From a bacterium BMS3Bbin09 (GTDB lineage: Bacteria; Nitrospirota; Thermodesulfovibrionia; UBA6902), in assembly GCA_002897915.1 (NCBI GenBank), contig BDTS01000023.1:1-54231 (forward strand): a DNA stretch of 54,231 nt, in the 5' to 3' direction. Below, one piece after another: positions 38,458 to 48,692 of this stretch (positions are counted from its first letter, which is position 1; each line of letters begins with the position of its first letter). The notes beneath the pieces were generated by a model, which saw only the letters and a list, made by a program, of their open reading frames with translations, did not search any database and was not told where the DNA came from. The position numbers were made by a program, and so were the translations under genes.

Positions 38458-40968
38458 ATGGCAAATCTATCACGCCGAAACTTTATGAAGCTGGGCATCG
38501 CAAGTGGCGCCTTCCTTGCTGCCGGAGAACTCATGTCCCCGTCTCTTGCAGGTGCAGTTAAGGTGAAAATGGGCGGCAAGGATTTTAACTACCTGACAAA
38601 TGCCGAGAGAAAAGGCATTCCTACAGCCTGCTGGTCATGTGTAACAAGATGTGCTGCCATGGGCTTTGTAGAAGACGGCAGGCTGGTCAAGATGGAATCC
38701 AATCCCAAGTCTATAAGGACCCTGGGTAAAATGTGCGCAAAGGGACAGTCAGCTCCCAATGAGGTTTACTTCCCTGACAGGATACTTTATCCAATGAAAA
38801 GGGCAGGTGCACGCGGAGAAGGAAAGTGGAAGAGGATAACCTGGGATGCAGCGCTTACAGAGATCGCAGGAAAGCTGAAAAAACTCCGTGATGACGGACA
38901 TCCCGAAAAATTCATGTTCCATTACGGCAGGATGAAGGGAAGCTCCAGCAAACTGATCAAGAGCGTGTTTCTGGGAACTTACGGGACAAAAACAATTTCA
39001 GGACATACATCGATCTGCGAAGGCGGCAAATGGGTGGCCCAGGAGCTGACCTGGGGCAAGCACTATGACAACTGGGACTTTGACCAGACAAAATTCGTAC
39101 TGAATTTTGGCAGTAACATTCAGGAGGCGCATACCAACCATGTCCCGACATCACAGAGGCTCATAAGGGCAAAGGTAGAAAGGGGAGTAAAGTCGGTAAC
39201 TTTTGATGTTAGATTATCCAATACAGCCGCAAAATCCGATGAATGGATCCCGATCAAACCGGGAACTGACGGCGCTGTCGCCCTTGCCATGTGTAACGTG
39301 GTAATGCAGAATAATCTTTATGATAAGGATTTTTTCAAATTCATCCGAGCAACAGAGAATGTCAATGCATCAGTTGATGAAAAGATAGCAGTTCTCAAGG
39401 CCCACCTTAAGCAATACACACCTGCATGGGCTGAAAAGATCAGCGGGGTCAGCGCCTCAAAGATCGAATCCATTGCAAAGACATTTGCAAATACGAAACC
39501 AGCAGTAGTAATAAGTTACAGGGGTGCGGTTGCCCATTACAATGGCAACGATACAGAGAGGGCAGTCCAGATGCTTGCCGCAATAACAGGCAACATTGAC
39601 AATCCCGGCGGAAGATGCAGGGGAATAGGTCCCAAATGGAAATACCCAAAGGGACCAAAGGACAAACCCAAGGCAAAGAAGCTGAAACTGGCCCACGGCT
39701 TTCCCGGAACAGTAGCATACCCGAATCATGGAGTATGTCAGCAGGTACTGCCGATGATCAAAGACGGCAAGGCAGGAAGACCTGAGGTATACATGTGGTA
39801 CTGCCACAACCCTGTCTATGTTAATGGTGACAACCAGGGAAACATAGACGTCTTGAAAGACGAAAAGATGCTGCCCTTTACCGTGACGTCAAATATAGTC
39901 TATGACGAAGCGAGCAAACTTGCAGACATGATACTGCCTGATGCGACATATCTGGAAAGATGGGACTGGGAAGACATGGTCTGTCCAACCCAGGTTCCGG
40001 AGCATTACATACGCCAGGCCCTGGTAAAGCCGCTTGGAGAGGCAAGGGACCTCGGAGATGTAGTGATAGAGCTTGCAGAGAAGATGGGAATGCCGCTGGG
40101 AGTCGGTGCCTCAAAAGAGGAGTTTGTAAAAACATCACATGAGATGACAGCCAAGGCAGTTAAGGGCTTCCCCGGCTTTGACTACATGAAGAAAAAAGGC
40201 GTATGGCATGACAAGGACGCCAAGCCTAAATATTACCAGCACAAAAAGGAGATCAAGGACCTGGGAGGCGCCATCCTTGATGAAGCAACCGGCGTATACT
40301 GGGACCCGAAGAAGGCCCACGCCAAGCAGCCTGAAAAGGGATATGCCGCGACCAAACATGCATACAAAGGCTATGTAGGGCAGAAGATGGGAGACAAAGT
40401 CTACAAGGGTTTCCCGCCCGACAAGGTCAACAAGACGGGATACCTGGAGCTTTACTCCGGACTATTGAAAATGAAAGGCCATCCGGCTCTTCCAACATAC
40501 GTACCAATACCAACGCATGAAAAGATGAAGTCCAATGAGCTGGTTCTCACTACATACAAGGTTGCGATACATATACATTCAAGGAGCACTCACAGAAAAT
40601 GGCTGAGTGAGGTGTACCATGATAACCCGGGATGGATCAATACAAAGACAGCCGCGGGACTTGGTATCAAGACCGGTGACAAGATCAAGGTCAAATCCAG
40701 TATCGGTGAGATCGTGACCACGGCGAATGTTAATGGGAAAATAGTCCCCGGTGTCATAGCCATTTCAATGCATGTAGGACGTGAGGAATCAGGCAGATAT
40801 GGTTCCGGTAAGAAATCACCCTTTGCACATGATGATGATCCGGATCTCAAGAACAAGTTCTGGGACACCTATGGCACGCATCCTAACTGGATAATTCCAA
40901 ATGCAAATGACCCGATAAACGGACAGCAGGCATGGATGGATACGGTGGTTACGGTTACAAAGGCGTAG
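38458..40968 (+). CDS. Tat-exported molybdopterin oxidoreductase catalytic subunit (Psr/Ttr/Arr-related, DMSO reductase family)
   Basis: SRRNFMK; CWSCVTRC...MCAKG 4Fe-4S site; DRILYPMKR; GHTSICE (probable Cys Mo ligand); ADMILPDATYLERW. Confidence 0.92.
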   Translation: MANLSRRNFMKLGIASGAFLAAGELMSPSLAGAVKVKMGGKDFNYLTNAERKGIPTACWSCVTRCAAMGFVEDGRLVKMESNPKSIRTLGKMCAKGQSAPNEVYFPDRILYPMKRAGARGEGKWKRITWDAALTEIAGKLKKLRDDGHPEKFMFHYGRMKGSSSKLIKSVFLGTYGTKTISGHTSICEGGKWVAQELTWGKHYDNWDFDQTKFVLNFGSNIQEAHTNHVPTSQRLIRAKVERGVKSVTFDVRLSNTAAKSDEWIPIKPGTDGAVALAMCNVVMQNNLYDKDFFKFIRATENVNASVDEKIAVLKAHLKQYTPAWAEKISGVSASKIESIAKTFANTKPAVVISYRGAVAHYNGNDTERAVQMLAAITGNIDNPGGRCRGIGPKWKYPKGPKDKPKAKKLKLAHGFPGTVAYPNHGVCQQVLPMIKDGKAGRPEVYMWYCHNPVYVNGDNQGNIDVLKDEKMLPFTVTSNIVYDEASKLADMILPDATYLERWDWEDMVCPTQVPEHYIRQALVKPLGEARDLGDVVIELAEKMGMPLGVGASKEEFVKTSHEMTAKAVKGFPGFDYMKKKGVWHDKDAKPKYYQHKKEIKDLGGAILDEATGVYWDPKKAHAKQPEKGYAATKHAYKGYVGQKMGDKVYKGFPPDKVNKTGYLELYSGLLKMKGHPALPTYVPIPTHEKMKSNELVLTTYKVAIHIHSRSTHRKWLSEVYHDNPGWINTKTAAGLGIKTGDKIKVKSSIGEIVTTANVNGKIVPGVIAISMHVGREESGRYGSGKKSPFAHDDDPDLKNKFWDTYGTHPNWIIPNANDPINGQQAWMDTVVTVTKA

Positions 40969-40994
40969 ATGATCGATAGGGATAAGTAACAAAT

Positions 40995-41030
40995 GGGATA
41001 TCCCCTCTCTTAATTGGGAGGGGATATCTT
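40995..41030 (+). terminator. Stem-loop (terminator or mRNA stabiliser) between the Mo subunit and chaperone genes
   Basis: GGGATATCCCCTC...GAGGGGATATCTT followed by ATTT. Confidence 0.65.
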
Positions 41031-41067
41031 ATTTCAGATTAATAATTAAATACAAGGAAGAAACCGA

Positions 41068-41733
41068 GTGACAAATGAAATGATCGAAACAGCGACACGA
41101 CGGAGTAATATATACGGGCTGCTTACACTGATTTTCCGTACTGAAATTACCAAACAAGTACTGCAGCAGATCAAGGAACCGGAATTTCTTTCTGCTCTAT
41201 CCAACATGGGGGCCAGACTGGATGACGATTTTTTACAAAAAAATGAAGATGAATTAATTGAGGATCTTGCTGTTGAATATTCAGGATTATTTATTGGTCC
41301 TGATAAACATATTTCTCCCCATGAGTCCATTCATCATGATACAGGTGATGGGGACTGGGGCCAGCTGTGGGGCAGGTCAACCGTTGAGATCAAAAAGTTT
41401 ATTGAGGCAGCAGGGCTTGAATTCAGGCCTGAGTATGCTGGAATGCCCGACCATATCAGTGTTGAGTTTGAATTTATGCGGCAAGCCGCGAAACGTGAGG
41501 CACAGGCCAGGGAAGAAGATGACAGTGATGGAACGCTTTATTGCCTGAAGATGGAGAAAATGTTCATCGAGGAACATCTTATGAAATGGGTTCCTGTTTT
41601 TTGCGACAAGGTTATCGAATCAGCAGGACACTCTTTTTACCGTGAGATTGCGAAGGTGACAAAAAGGTTTATGGAATTCGAAAGTGAAGGGATAGACAGG
41701 TATCTGTCAGAGGCGCAGAAAGAAGCATCGTAA
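41068..41733 (+). CDS. TorD/DmsD family molybdoenzyme maturation chaperone
   Basis: EYSGLFIGP..SPHES, PDHISVEFEFM, FIEEHL..WVP.FC. Confidence 0.92.
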   Translation: MTNEMIETATRRSNIYGLLTLIFRTEITKQVLQQIKEPEFLSALSNMGARLDDDFLQKNEDELIEDLAVEYSGLFIGPDKHISPHESIHHDTGDGDWGQLWGRSTVEIKKFIEAAGLEFRPEYAGMPDHISVEFEFMRQAAKREAQAREEDDSDGTLYCLKMEKMFIEEHLMKWVPVFCDKVIESAGHSFYREIAKVTKRFMEFESEGIDRYLSEAQKEAS

Positions 41734-41894
41734 CCAACGAAATAATATCTCCTTACTAATCCAATCTTCAATCTTTGCTCTGATTCTGTCAATAAAACTG
41801 TGTATTGCCGCATGATATCGTTTGATTTTATCAGAGGTATTTTGGCATCCTATGTGTATTAAGCTAAAGGGATTTATACCAGTGATAAAAACAA

Positions 41895-42911
41895 ATGAAT
41901 AAGCATACTTTCCGGCCATCCGAACTACTGTCCATAGCCTTGATCCTTGCCTTTCTTGTCGGCGGCATGTTGCTGATCCATCTTATTATGCCGGGTTCTT
42001 TTGATAATGAATGGAGAGAAGTTTATATCCCTGAAGGCTCGAGTTATACGGAAGGGCTCGGACTCCTTGAGAAGGGCAGTATAATAGAAGGCAGGATAAC
42101 CCTCCTTTTCCTTGGCAAAATAACCGGGAGCGATAAACATCTGAAGCCCGGCTACTACAAACTCAGCGCCTCAATGAGTCCTCTTGAGATATTCGATACA
42201 CTTATCGAGGGCAGGACCATTCAGTTTACCGTTATGATACCTGAAGGCTCAATGCTCAGTGATATCAAAAAGAAATTAATGGATATTGGTCTTATGGACG
42301 AGGGATCGTGGCGGCTCGTTAATGACAGCGGCTTTATTGCGGACCTTGGGATCGATGCTCGTAGCCTTGAAGGCTATCTCTATCCTGATACCTATAAATT
42401 TCCGAAAGGGACCGCTCCGGATATTGTCTTGAGGCGCATGGTCAAGAGACTGGATGAGGTCTTTGACGGGTCATTGCAAAAAAGGGCGGGTGAACTCGGC
42501 ATGACGAGGAACGACGTTCTTACTCTTGCGTCCATTATCGAAAGGGAGGCTGTCTTTGACATAGAGAGGCCGATCATTTCAGCGGTTTACCACAACCGTC
42601 TCAAAAAGAAGATGAGGCTCCAGGCTGACCCAACGGTCCTTTACGGCCTCGGAAAAAGTGAAAAGCGGATCAGGTACAGAGACTTAAAGAGAGTGACCCC
42701 GTATAATACATATGTGATCAGGGGGCTTCCACGCGGGCCGATCGCGTCTCCGGGGATCAGATCGATCATGGCCGCCCTCTATCCCGATGATGTAGATTAT
42801 CTTTACTTTGTCTCGAAGAATGACGGTACGCACCAATTCTCGAGGACGAACAAAGAACACGCAAGGGCAGTGGCCCTTTATCAATTGAACAACAAGGGAA
42901 AGAAAGAATAA
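41895..42911 (+). CDS. mltG: Endolytic transglycosylase MltG
   Basis: LEGYLYPDTY, LASIIEREA, NRL...MRLQADPT, TPYNTY..GLP.GPIASPG. Confidence 0.95.
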   Translation: MNKHTFRPSELLSIALILAFLVGGMLLIHLIMPGSFDNEWREVYIPEGSSYTEGLGLLEKGSIIEGRITLLFLGKITGSDKHLKPGYYKLSASMSPLEIFDTLIEGRTIQFTVMIPEGSMLSDIKKKLMDIGLMDEGSWRLVNDSGFIADLGIDARSLEGYLYPDTYKFPKGTAPDIVLRRMVKRLDEVFDGSLQKRAGELGMTRNDVLTLASIIEREAVFDIERPIISAVYHNRLKKKMRLQADPTVLYGLGKSEKRIRYRDLKRVTPYNTYVIRGLPRGPIASPGIRSIMAALYPDDVDYLYFVSKNDGTHQFSRTNKEHARAVALYQLNNKGKKE

Positions 42912-43966
42912 TGGCAAGGAAACGACGGACCAGAAAGATAATGCTTGGCGGACTTCAAATAGGGGGAGGGGCATCTGTTGTCGTGCAGTCGATGGCAAAG
43001 ACCGACACCTGTGATGTTGCTTCTACAGTAGCGCAGATCAAGAGGCTCCAGGCCGCGGGTTGTGAGGCTGTCCGTGTCGCGGTGCTCAACTCCGAGGCAG
43101 CGGATGCTGTAAAGAAAATAAAGAGCAGGATAAAGATACCGCTGATCGCGGACATACACTTTGACCATAAGCTCGCGCTTACAGTTATGGAGAACGGGGT
43201 TGACGGACTGCGTATAAACCCCGGAAACATTGGCAGCAAGCAGAAGATAAAGGAAGTCGTAAGCGCTGCGAAAGACAAAGGCACTCCTATAAGGATAGGC
43301 GTTAACGCCGGTTCACTCGAAAAGGACATCCTTAGAAAATACAAACATCCTACTGCGCGGGCGCTTGTCGAGAGCGCTGGAAGGCACATAAAGATACTTG
43401 AGGACCTGAAGTTCAGGGCGATCAAGGTCTCTTTGAAGGCATCGGATGTGATGAAGACTGTTGAGGCGTACAGGCTATTTGCAGAGAAGTTTAGCTATCC
43501 CACGCACATAGGCATATCAGAGGCTGGCCCGGCATTTTCAGGGACAGTAAAGAGCGCGGTCGGTCTGGGCATGCTGCTTTCGGAAGGTATCGGCGACACG
43601 ATGAGGGTCTCTCTGACTGCCGATCCTGTCGAAGAAGTGAAGGTTGCCTACGAGATATTGAAGTCGCTCCATTTAAAAGAGGCCGGCCCCGAGTTGATAT
43701 CCTGCCCTACATGCGGGCGCTGTCAGATAGATATAAGGGGGATCGTTGATAAGGTCGAGGCGAAACTTGCCAAAGAGAAAAAGCAGATCACAGTCGCTGT
43801 CATGGGCTGCATTGTGAACGGCCCGGGTGAGGCGAGGGAAGCGGACATCGGTATCGCAGGCGGCAAGGGCATGGGTATTCTCTTTAAGCGCGGCAAAAAG
43901 GTAAAGACCCTCAAGGAGAGCGAGCTCTTCAGCACGCTCATGAAAGAAATAAAATTAATGCGGTGA
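42911..43966 (+). CDS. ispG: (E)-4-hydroxy-3-methylbut-2-enyl diphosphate synthase
   Basis: VQSM, ADIHF, RINPGN, IRIGVNAGSL, SCPTCGRC, MGCIVNGPGE. Confidence 0.97.
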   Translation: MARKRRTRKIMLGGLQIGGGASVVVQSMAKTDTCDVASTVAQIKRLQAAGCEAVRVAVLNSEAADAVKKIKSRIKIPLIADIHFDHKLALTVMENGVDGLRINPGNIGSKQKIKEVVSAAKDKGTPIRIGVNAGSLEKDILRKYKHPTARALVESAGRHIKILEDLKFRAIKVSLKASDVMKTVEAYRLFAEKFSYPTHIGISEAGPAFSGTVKSAVGLGMLLSEGIGDTMRVSLTADPVEEVKVAYEILKSLHLKEAGPELISCPTCGRCQIDIRGIVDKVEAKLAKEKKQITVAVMGCIVNGPGEAREADIGIAGGKGMGILFKRGKKVKTLKESELFSTLMKEIKLMR

Positions 43967-44416
43967 GGTTACACTGGATTTATCAAATTGCGGAGGGTTG
44001 CTCTTCCTTTTTTCATTGTCCTCGATAAAATTGTTAAGGCTTTTTATTTCACTACTTCCTGGTTTGTAAAACTTTTCCCCGAGTTCTTTTGCCCTTGCAA
44101 TGATCGGTTCCGCCTTGGCATAATCTCCTCTCAGGCTGTATGTGAATGCGAGGTTCAGCATCGGATTTATCATGTATCCCTTATCAGGATGTGACTTTTC
44201 CAGCTTTTCTGCCGCAAGCATGCAGGTCTTCTCTACTTTTGCTATATTTCCATTTATAAGGGAATTTCTGGCTGCCAGGTTGCAGTCCATTAAGAGTTCT
44301 TGTTCATGGGCTGTTGCCGGCTTTTCTGCCGGCGCATCTACTGCAAAGGCATTAGAACAAATCAGTGTTGCGGCCAATAACACGATCATATACATATATT
44401 TCATAACATCCTCCAT
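43955..44416 (-). CDS. Secreted TPR-like protein
   Basis: Signal peptide; NLAFTYSLRGDYAKAEPII TPR-like helix pair. Confidence 0.7.
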   Translation of the reverse strand: MEDVMKYMYMIVLLAATLICSNAFAVDAPAEKPATAHEQELLMDCNLAARNSLINGNIAKVEKTCMLAAEKLEKSHPDKGYMINPMLNLAFTYSLRGDYAKAEPIIARAKELGEKFYKPGSSEIKSLNNFIEDNEKRKSNPPQFDKSSVTSPH

Positions 44417-44562
44417 TAAATATTTAAAATTGAGAAAATTAATAATAACAGTCCGGCTGATAGAATGACAATAAGGGGGGAGCGGGCACTACCAAATTCT
44501 TGCTTAAATAATTTCTAAAAGTTATATTAATCATTATTTTATAAATATGGAGGTAAGCAGTA

Positions 44563-45009
44563 ATGAGCTTGATGGAAACAATTGCGAATGATCTGACCAG
44601 CGCGCTTAAGGCGGGTCAAAAAGAAAAGTTACTGATCATGCGTATGGTCAAGTCCGCGATAAAAAACGGTGAGATCGAAAAGGGAGAACCGCTGAGTGAT
44701 GACGAGGTTTTAGCTGTTCTCAGGACATTCGCTAAGAGGGCAAAAGATTCGATCGAGCAGTTCTCGAAGGCCGACAGGGAAGATCTTGCCGCAAAAGAAA
44801 AGGACGAACTGGCAATTATTGAAGAATACCTTCCAAAACAGCTCGGGGAAGATGACCTGAGAATAATGATCAAGGATATAATCCAGGAGCAGGGCGCTGT
44901 TGGAATGAAGGATATGGGTAAAGTAATGAAGGGCCTTATGGTCAGATCCAAAGGGCAGGTTGACGGTAAGGCTGCCAATAACATAGTTAAAGAAATGCTG
45001 GAGGTATAA
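44563..45009 (+). CDS. GatB/YqeY domain protein
   Basis: RMVKSAIKN.EI, EYLPKQL, DMGKVM. Confidence 0.93.
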   Translation: MSLMETIANDLTSALKAGQKEKLLIMRMVKSAIKNGEIEKGEPLSDDEVLAVLRTFAKRAKDSIEQFSKADREDLAAKEKDELAIIEEYLPKQLGEDDLRIMIKDIIQEQGAVGMKDMGKVMKGLMVRSKGQVDGKAANNIVKEMLEV

Positions 45010-45971
45010 TGAAACTAAAAAAACTTTATGAAAGTGCAGTTGCTAATGGTATAGAGGCTGATCCTCGCGGTAAGAAGGCGGTTGTGAAGGCGCTCGGAAA
45101 GAAGAAAAAGGCGTATGAGGCCATGAAGAAAGATGAAAAAGAGTTTTTTGATATTGAGAGCCTTGCCAATCCTTATGCTGACACAAGGATACTGCATGGT
45201 ACAGGGGATGAGGAGATAAAGACCGTACTTATCGGGGTTGATATGGAGGCGCCTGAGCTTCTTCTGGCCGACAGGCTGACATCAAAGGGACAAAAGATCG
45301 ATCTGGTCATTGCCCACCATCCCGAGGGCAAGGCATATGCCAACTTTTACGAGGTAATGAATATGCAGGCAGATATACTGAATAAGTTCGGGGTCCCGAT
45401 CAATATTGCAGAGGGCCTGCTTGAGGGCAGGATGAAAGAGGTTGGAAGAAGATTGATGCCGGTGAATCATACAAGGGCGTCTGACACTGCCAGACTGCTC
45501 GACATACCGTTCATGTGCATGCACACACCTGCGGACAACATGGTAGTTAACTATCTGCAGGCGCTGCTTGATAAAAAATCCCCTGATACACTCGGTGAGA
45601 TAATTGATATCCTGCTCGAGATACCTGAGTATCGTGAGGCCGCAAAGAACAATTCCGGCCCTAATATACTCCTTGGTTCAAAGGAGAGGAGCACAGGGAA
45701 GATATTTGTGGATATGACAGGCGGCACAGAGGGCGCGAAGGATATCTTTGAGAGCCTCGCGAACGCTGGTGTGGGCACGATAATATGTATGCATTTAAGT
45801 GATGAGCATATGAAAAAGGCGGAGAAGCAGCACATCAATGTGATAATCGCCGGACATATCTCAAGTGACAATGTCGGGATAAACCTTATGCTCGATAAGA
45901 TACAGAAGAACGGGAAGCTCAATATCATTCCCTGTTCCGGATTCAGAAGGTTCGAGAGAAAAAATAAATAG
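45009..45971 (+). CDS. NIF3/NGG1-interacting factor-like protein
   Basis: AHHPEG, HTPADN, DMTGGTEG, GHISSDNVG. Confidence 0.8.
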   Translation: MKLKKLYESAVANGIEADPRGKKAVVKALGKKKKAYEAMKKDEKEFFDIESLANPYADTRILHGTGDEEIKTVLIGVDMEAPELLLADRLTSKGQKIDLVIAHHPEGKAYANFYEVMNMQADILNKFGVPINIAEGLLEGRMKEVGRRLMPVNHTRASDTARLLDIPFMCMHTPADNMVVNYLQALLDKKSPDTLGEIIDILLEIPEYREAAKNNSGPNILLGSKERSTGKIFVDMTGGTEGAKDIFESLANAGVGTIICMHLSDEHMKKAEKQHINVIIAGHISSDNVGINLMLDKIQKNGKLNIIPCSGFRRFERKNK

Positions 45972-45979
45972 TGTAAACT

Positions 45980-47683
45980 ATGCCTTCCTATGACGACACT
46001 CTTGAAGAGATAAAGAACAGCATAGATATTGTCGAGCTGATATCCGAATATGTTCACCTGAAAAAGGCCGGACAGAACTGGAAGGGCCTCTGTCCTTTTC
46101 ATACTGAAAAGACCCCCTCATTTACGGTCAGTCCCGCCAAGCAGATATTCCACTGTTTCGGGTGCGGGGCAGGCGGCGACATCTTTACATTCCTTACGCG
46201 CTACGAGACCCTTACGTTCCCTGAAGCTTTAAACATGCTTGCAAAGAAGGCCGGGGTAACGCTCAAGGTATCGCCAAAGTCGGCTGTAAGGGCCGGGGAA
46301 AAAGAGGTCCTGATAAATATGCACAAGGATGCGGCTGATTTTTTCAGCCAAAATCTTCCGAAGAACCCGAAGGCAGCCGCTTATCTCAGGGACCGTGGAA
46401 TAGACAAAGAGAATCTGGATGCCTTTGGACTGGGCTTTGCCCCCAAATCATGGAACGCCCTGCTGAACTACCTTAAGCGTAAGGGATATAAGCCTGAAAA
46501 TATAAAAAAAGCCGGCCTTGCCGTACAGGGAGACAAGGGGCACTATGATACGTTCAGGGAGAGAATAATGTTCCCTATTCATGATCTCCGAGGAGATGTG
46601 ATCGCATTCGGCGGGAGGTCCATAGACGGTTCCGAACCAAAATATCTGAATTCCCCGGAGACCCCTATTTTCAACAAGCGCAGGGTGCTTTACGGACTTA
46701 ACCGTGCCAAGGATTCCATAAAGAAGAATGGGAGCGCACTCTTTATGGAGGGGTATCTTGATGTGATTACCGCTCACATGTTCGGTTTTTCGAACGCGGT
46801 CGCCGCACTCGGGACCGCCATTACTCCGGACCACGGTAAATTGATAAAGAGATTTGTAGAAGATGTGGTCATTGTCTTTGACAGTGACCCGGCGGGCATC
46901 AAGGCGTCCAGGTCCGCGGCCGCTATCCTTCTGGAGAGCGGTCTTGAAGTGAAAATACTCTCTGTCCCTGACAATGAGGATCCTGACAGCTTCCTGAGAA
47001 AAAAGGGGAAAGAGGCATTTAAAGCGCTCCTTAAGTACCCTTCGCATGTCATCGATTTTTTTGTGAAGCACGGCGGCAAGAAACATATAGTCGCCGATGA
47101 GGTATTTGAGGTTGTGGCCAAAATGCCCAATGAGATCCTGCAGGAAGAATATATAACCAGGCTGGCCGACATAATCGATGTTGACGAACACAGGGTGAGG
47201 GAGAGGTTCAGGAAAAAACGGACCCAGCTTAAGTCAGGGCATATGGGGCAGCAGCCTCAAACAAAAACCCGTTCAGGACAGAGGCCCCAGAACGAGATAT
47301 ATCTGATCCAGCTCCTTCTTCAAATGCCAGAGAGGGTCAAGGAGATATCCGGAACGCTAAGTGGCGATGATTTTAAGGATGGAACGTTGAGGTCAATATA
47401 CAGGAAGATAATAGAGGGGCCCACGGACCTCAATGACCTGATCATGAAGTGTGAGGGAGAGGAGAAGGACGTGCTTTCCGGTATATCCCTTTCCCCTGAG
47501 CTGGAAGACCCCGAAAAGGTGCTTTCAGACTGCATCAGGTGGATGAATGAGAGCAAACGGGGGATGTTGAAGCGGGAGCTTCAGGTAAAAATAAAAGAAG
47601 CTGAGGCCAAAAAGGATCTTGTATTGCTTAAACAGCTGCAGACTGATTTTCAGAAACTTCTCAGGACTGGCAAGCAGCAGTAG
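45980..47683 (+). CDS. dnaG: DNA primase
   Basis: CPFH.EKTPSF, HCFGCG, PKYLNSPET, EGYLD, DSDPAG, DPD. Confidence 0.97.
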   Translation: MPSYDDTLEEIKNSIDIVELISEYVHLKKAGQNWKGLCPFHTEKTPSFTVSPAKQIFHCFGCGAGGDIFTFLTRYETLTFPEALNMLAKKAGVTLKVSPKSAVRAGEKEVLINMHKDAADFFSQNLPKNPKAAAYLRDRGIDKENLDAFGLGFAPKSWNALLNYLKRKGYKPENIKKAGLAVQGDKGHYDTFRERIMFPIHDLRGDVIAFGGRSIDGSEPKYLNSPETPIFNKRRVLYGLNRAKDSIKKNGSALFMEGYLDVITAHMFGFSNAVAALGTAITPDHGKLIKRFVEDVVIVFDSDPAGIKASRSAAAILLESGLEVKILSVPDNEDPDSFLRKKGKEAFKALLKYPSHVIDFFVKHGGKKHIVADEVFEVVAKMPNEILQEEYITRLADIIDVDEHRVRERFRKKRTQLKSGHMGQQPQTKTRSGQRPQNEIYLIQLLLQMPERVKEISGTLSGDDFKDGTLRSIYRKIIEGPTDLNDLIMKCEGEEKDVLSGISLSPELEDPEKVLSDCIRWMNESKRGMLKRELQVKIKEAEAKKDLVLLKQLQTDFQKLLRTGKQQ

Positions 47684-47749
47684 TGAGTTGTTTGATTTAA
47701 CCGGTCTTTTTGGGATAGAATCATAATGAAAATTAGAATTATTAATAAC

Positions 47750-47856
47750 CCCCTGCAGATTTGCGATGGGTGATAAGCTTCCCCCGCAGATTTGCCGTCC
47801 CCTATAGTTTGATTCTCAAACTACGTAAGGGACTTTGCAAATCTAAAACGCAGGGG
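47750..47856. repeat. Long nested imperfect inverted repeat with duplicated left arm
   Basis: CCCC(T/C)GC-AGATTTGC..GTCCC..TAGTTTGA-TTC-TCAAACTA..GGGAC..GCAAATCT..GCAGGGG. Confidence 0.7.
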
Positions 47857-47891
47857 CTGCGCAACTAAAGTTGCTTGGGAGAATTAACTTA

Positions 47892-48692
47892 ATGAAACAT
47901 GAAAAGATATTTCGTTATACGAAAAATTGCCTTTTGCTGGGCCTCGCCCTGTTCCTTTTTACAGGGTGTTCGTTTTTTAGGGAAGCGATAAAAGAAAAGC
48001 CTTTTAATGCGGAGGAATCTTTCCAAGAGGCTAACAAACTGATGAAGGACGGGTTCAACAAAAAGGCGAGAGAGATATTCGAAACCGTTCTTGCTCAGGA
48101 TGCTTCTCGGAAATACAGTACATTGGCCAAGGTGCGCATAGGGGACACATATTTTGAAGATGAATTATATGATGAGGCGATCGTAGAGTATGAGGGTTTT
48201 CTGGACATCCATCCATATCATAAATACGCACCTTACGCTCAGTATAAAATTGCCATGTCCTATTTCAATAGGATAAAGACGGTTGATGTCAGTTATTCAT
48301 GGGCCAGAAAGGCATTGGATGAATTTAAAAAACTGCGGGAAGATTATCCCAGAAATCCATATATGGACGCTATAGACAGCAGAATAAGGACATGTAAGCG
48401 TTATCTTGCGGAGTATGAGTTTTATGTTGGCAATTTCTATTTTAAAAAGAAAGCATATCAGGCTGCGGCGCAGCGGTTTGACGGTATGCTTCTAAAATAT
48501 CCCAATTCAAGAATAGAGTCTGAAGCGCTCTATTACCTCGGGCTTTCTTATAAAAATATAGGAGATAAAGAAAAGGCAATAGTTACCCTGAGCGCGCTTA
48601 TAGATAAATTTCCGGCAACAAGATTATCTGCGGAAGCAAAAGGCATAATCGACTCATTCAATAACATGCCAGATACAATTGAAAAGAAGTGA
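47892..48692 (+). CDS. bamD: Outer membrane assembly lipoprotein BamD
   Basis: Lipobox FTGC; TPR helices; LAEYEFYVGNFY..K..YQAAAQRF. Confidence 0.85.
   Translation: MKHEKIFRYTKNCLLLGLALFLFTGCSFFREAIKEKPFNAEESFQEANKLMKDGFNKKAREIFETVLAQDASRKYSTLAKVRIGDTYFEDELYDEAIVEYEGFLDIHPYHKYAPYAQYKIAMSYFNRIKTVDVSYSWARKALDEFKKLREDYPRNPYMDAIDSRIRTCKRYLAEYEFYVGNFYFKKKAYQAAAQRFDGMLLKYPNSRIESEALYYLGLSYKNIGDKEKAIVTLSALIDKFPATRLSAEAKGIIDSFNNMPDTIEKK

Noticed and set aside
38458-40968. Definite arrA, ttrA or psrA assignment
   Set aside because: Fe-S and Mo-ligand motifs do not match any one of these well enough by eye; phylogeny is needed
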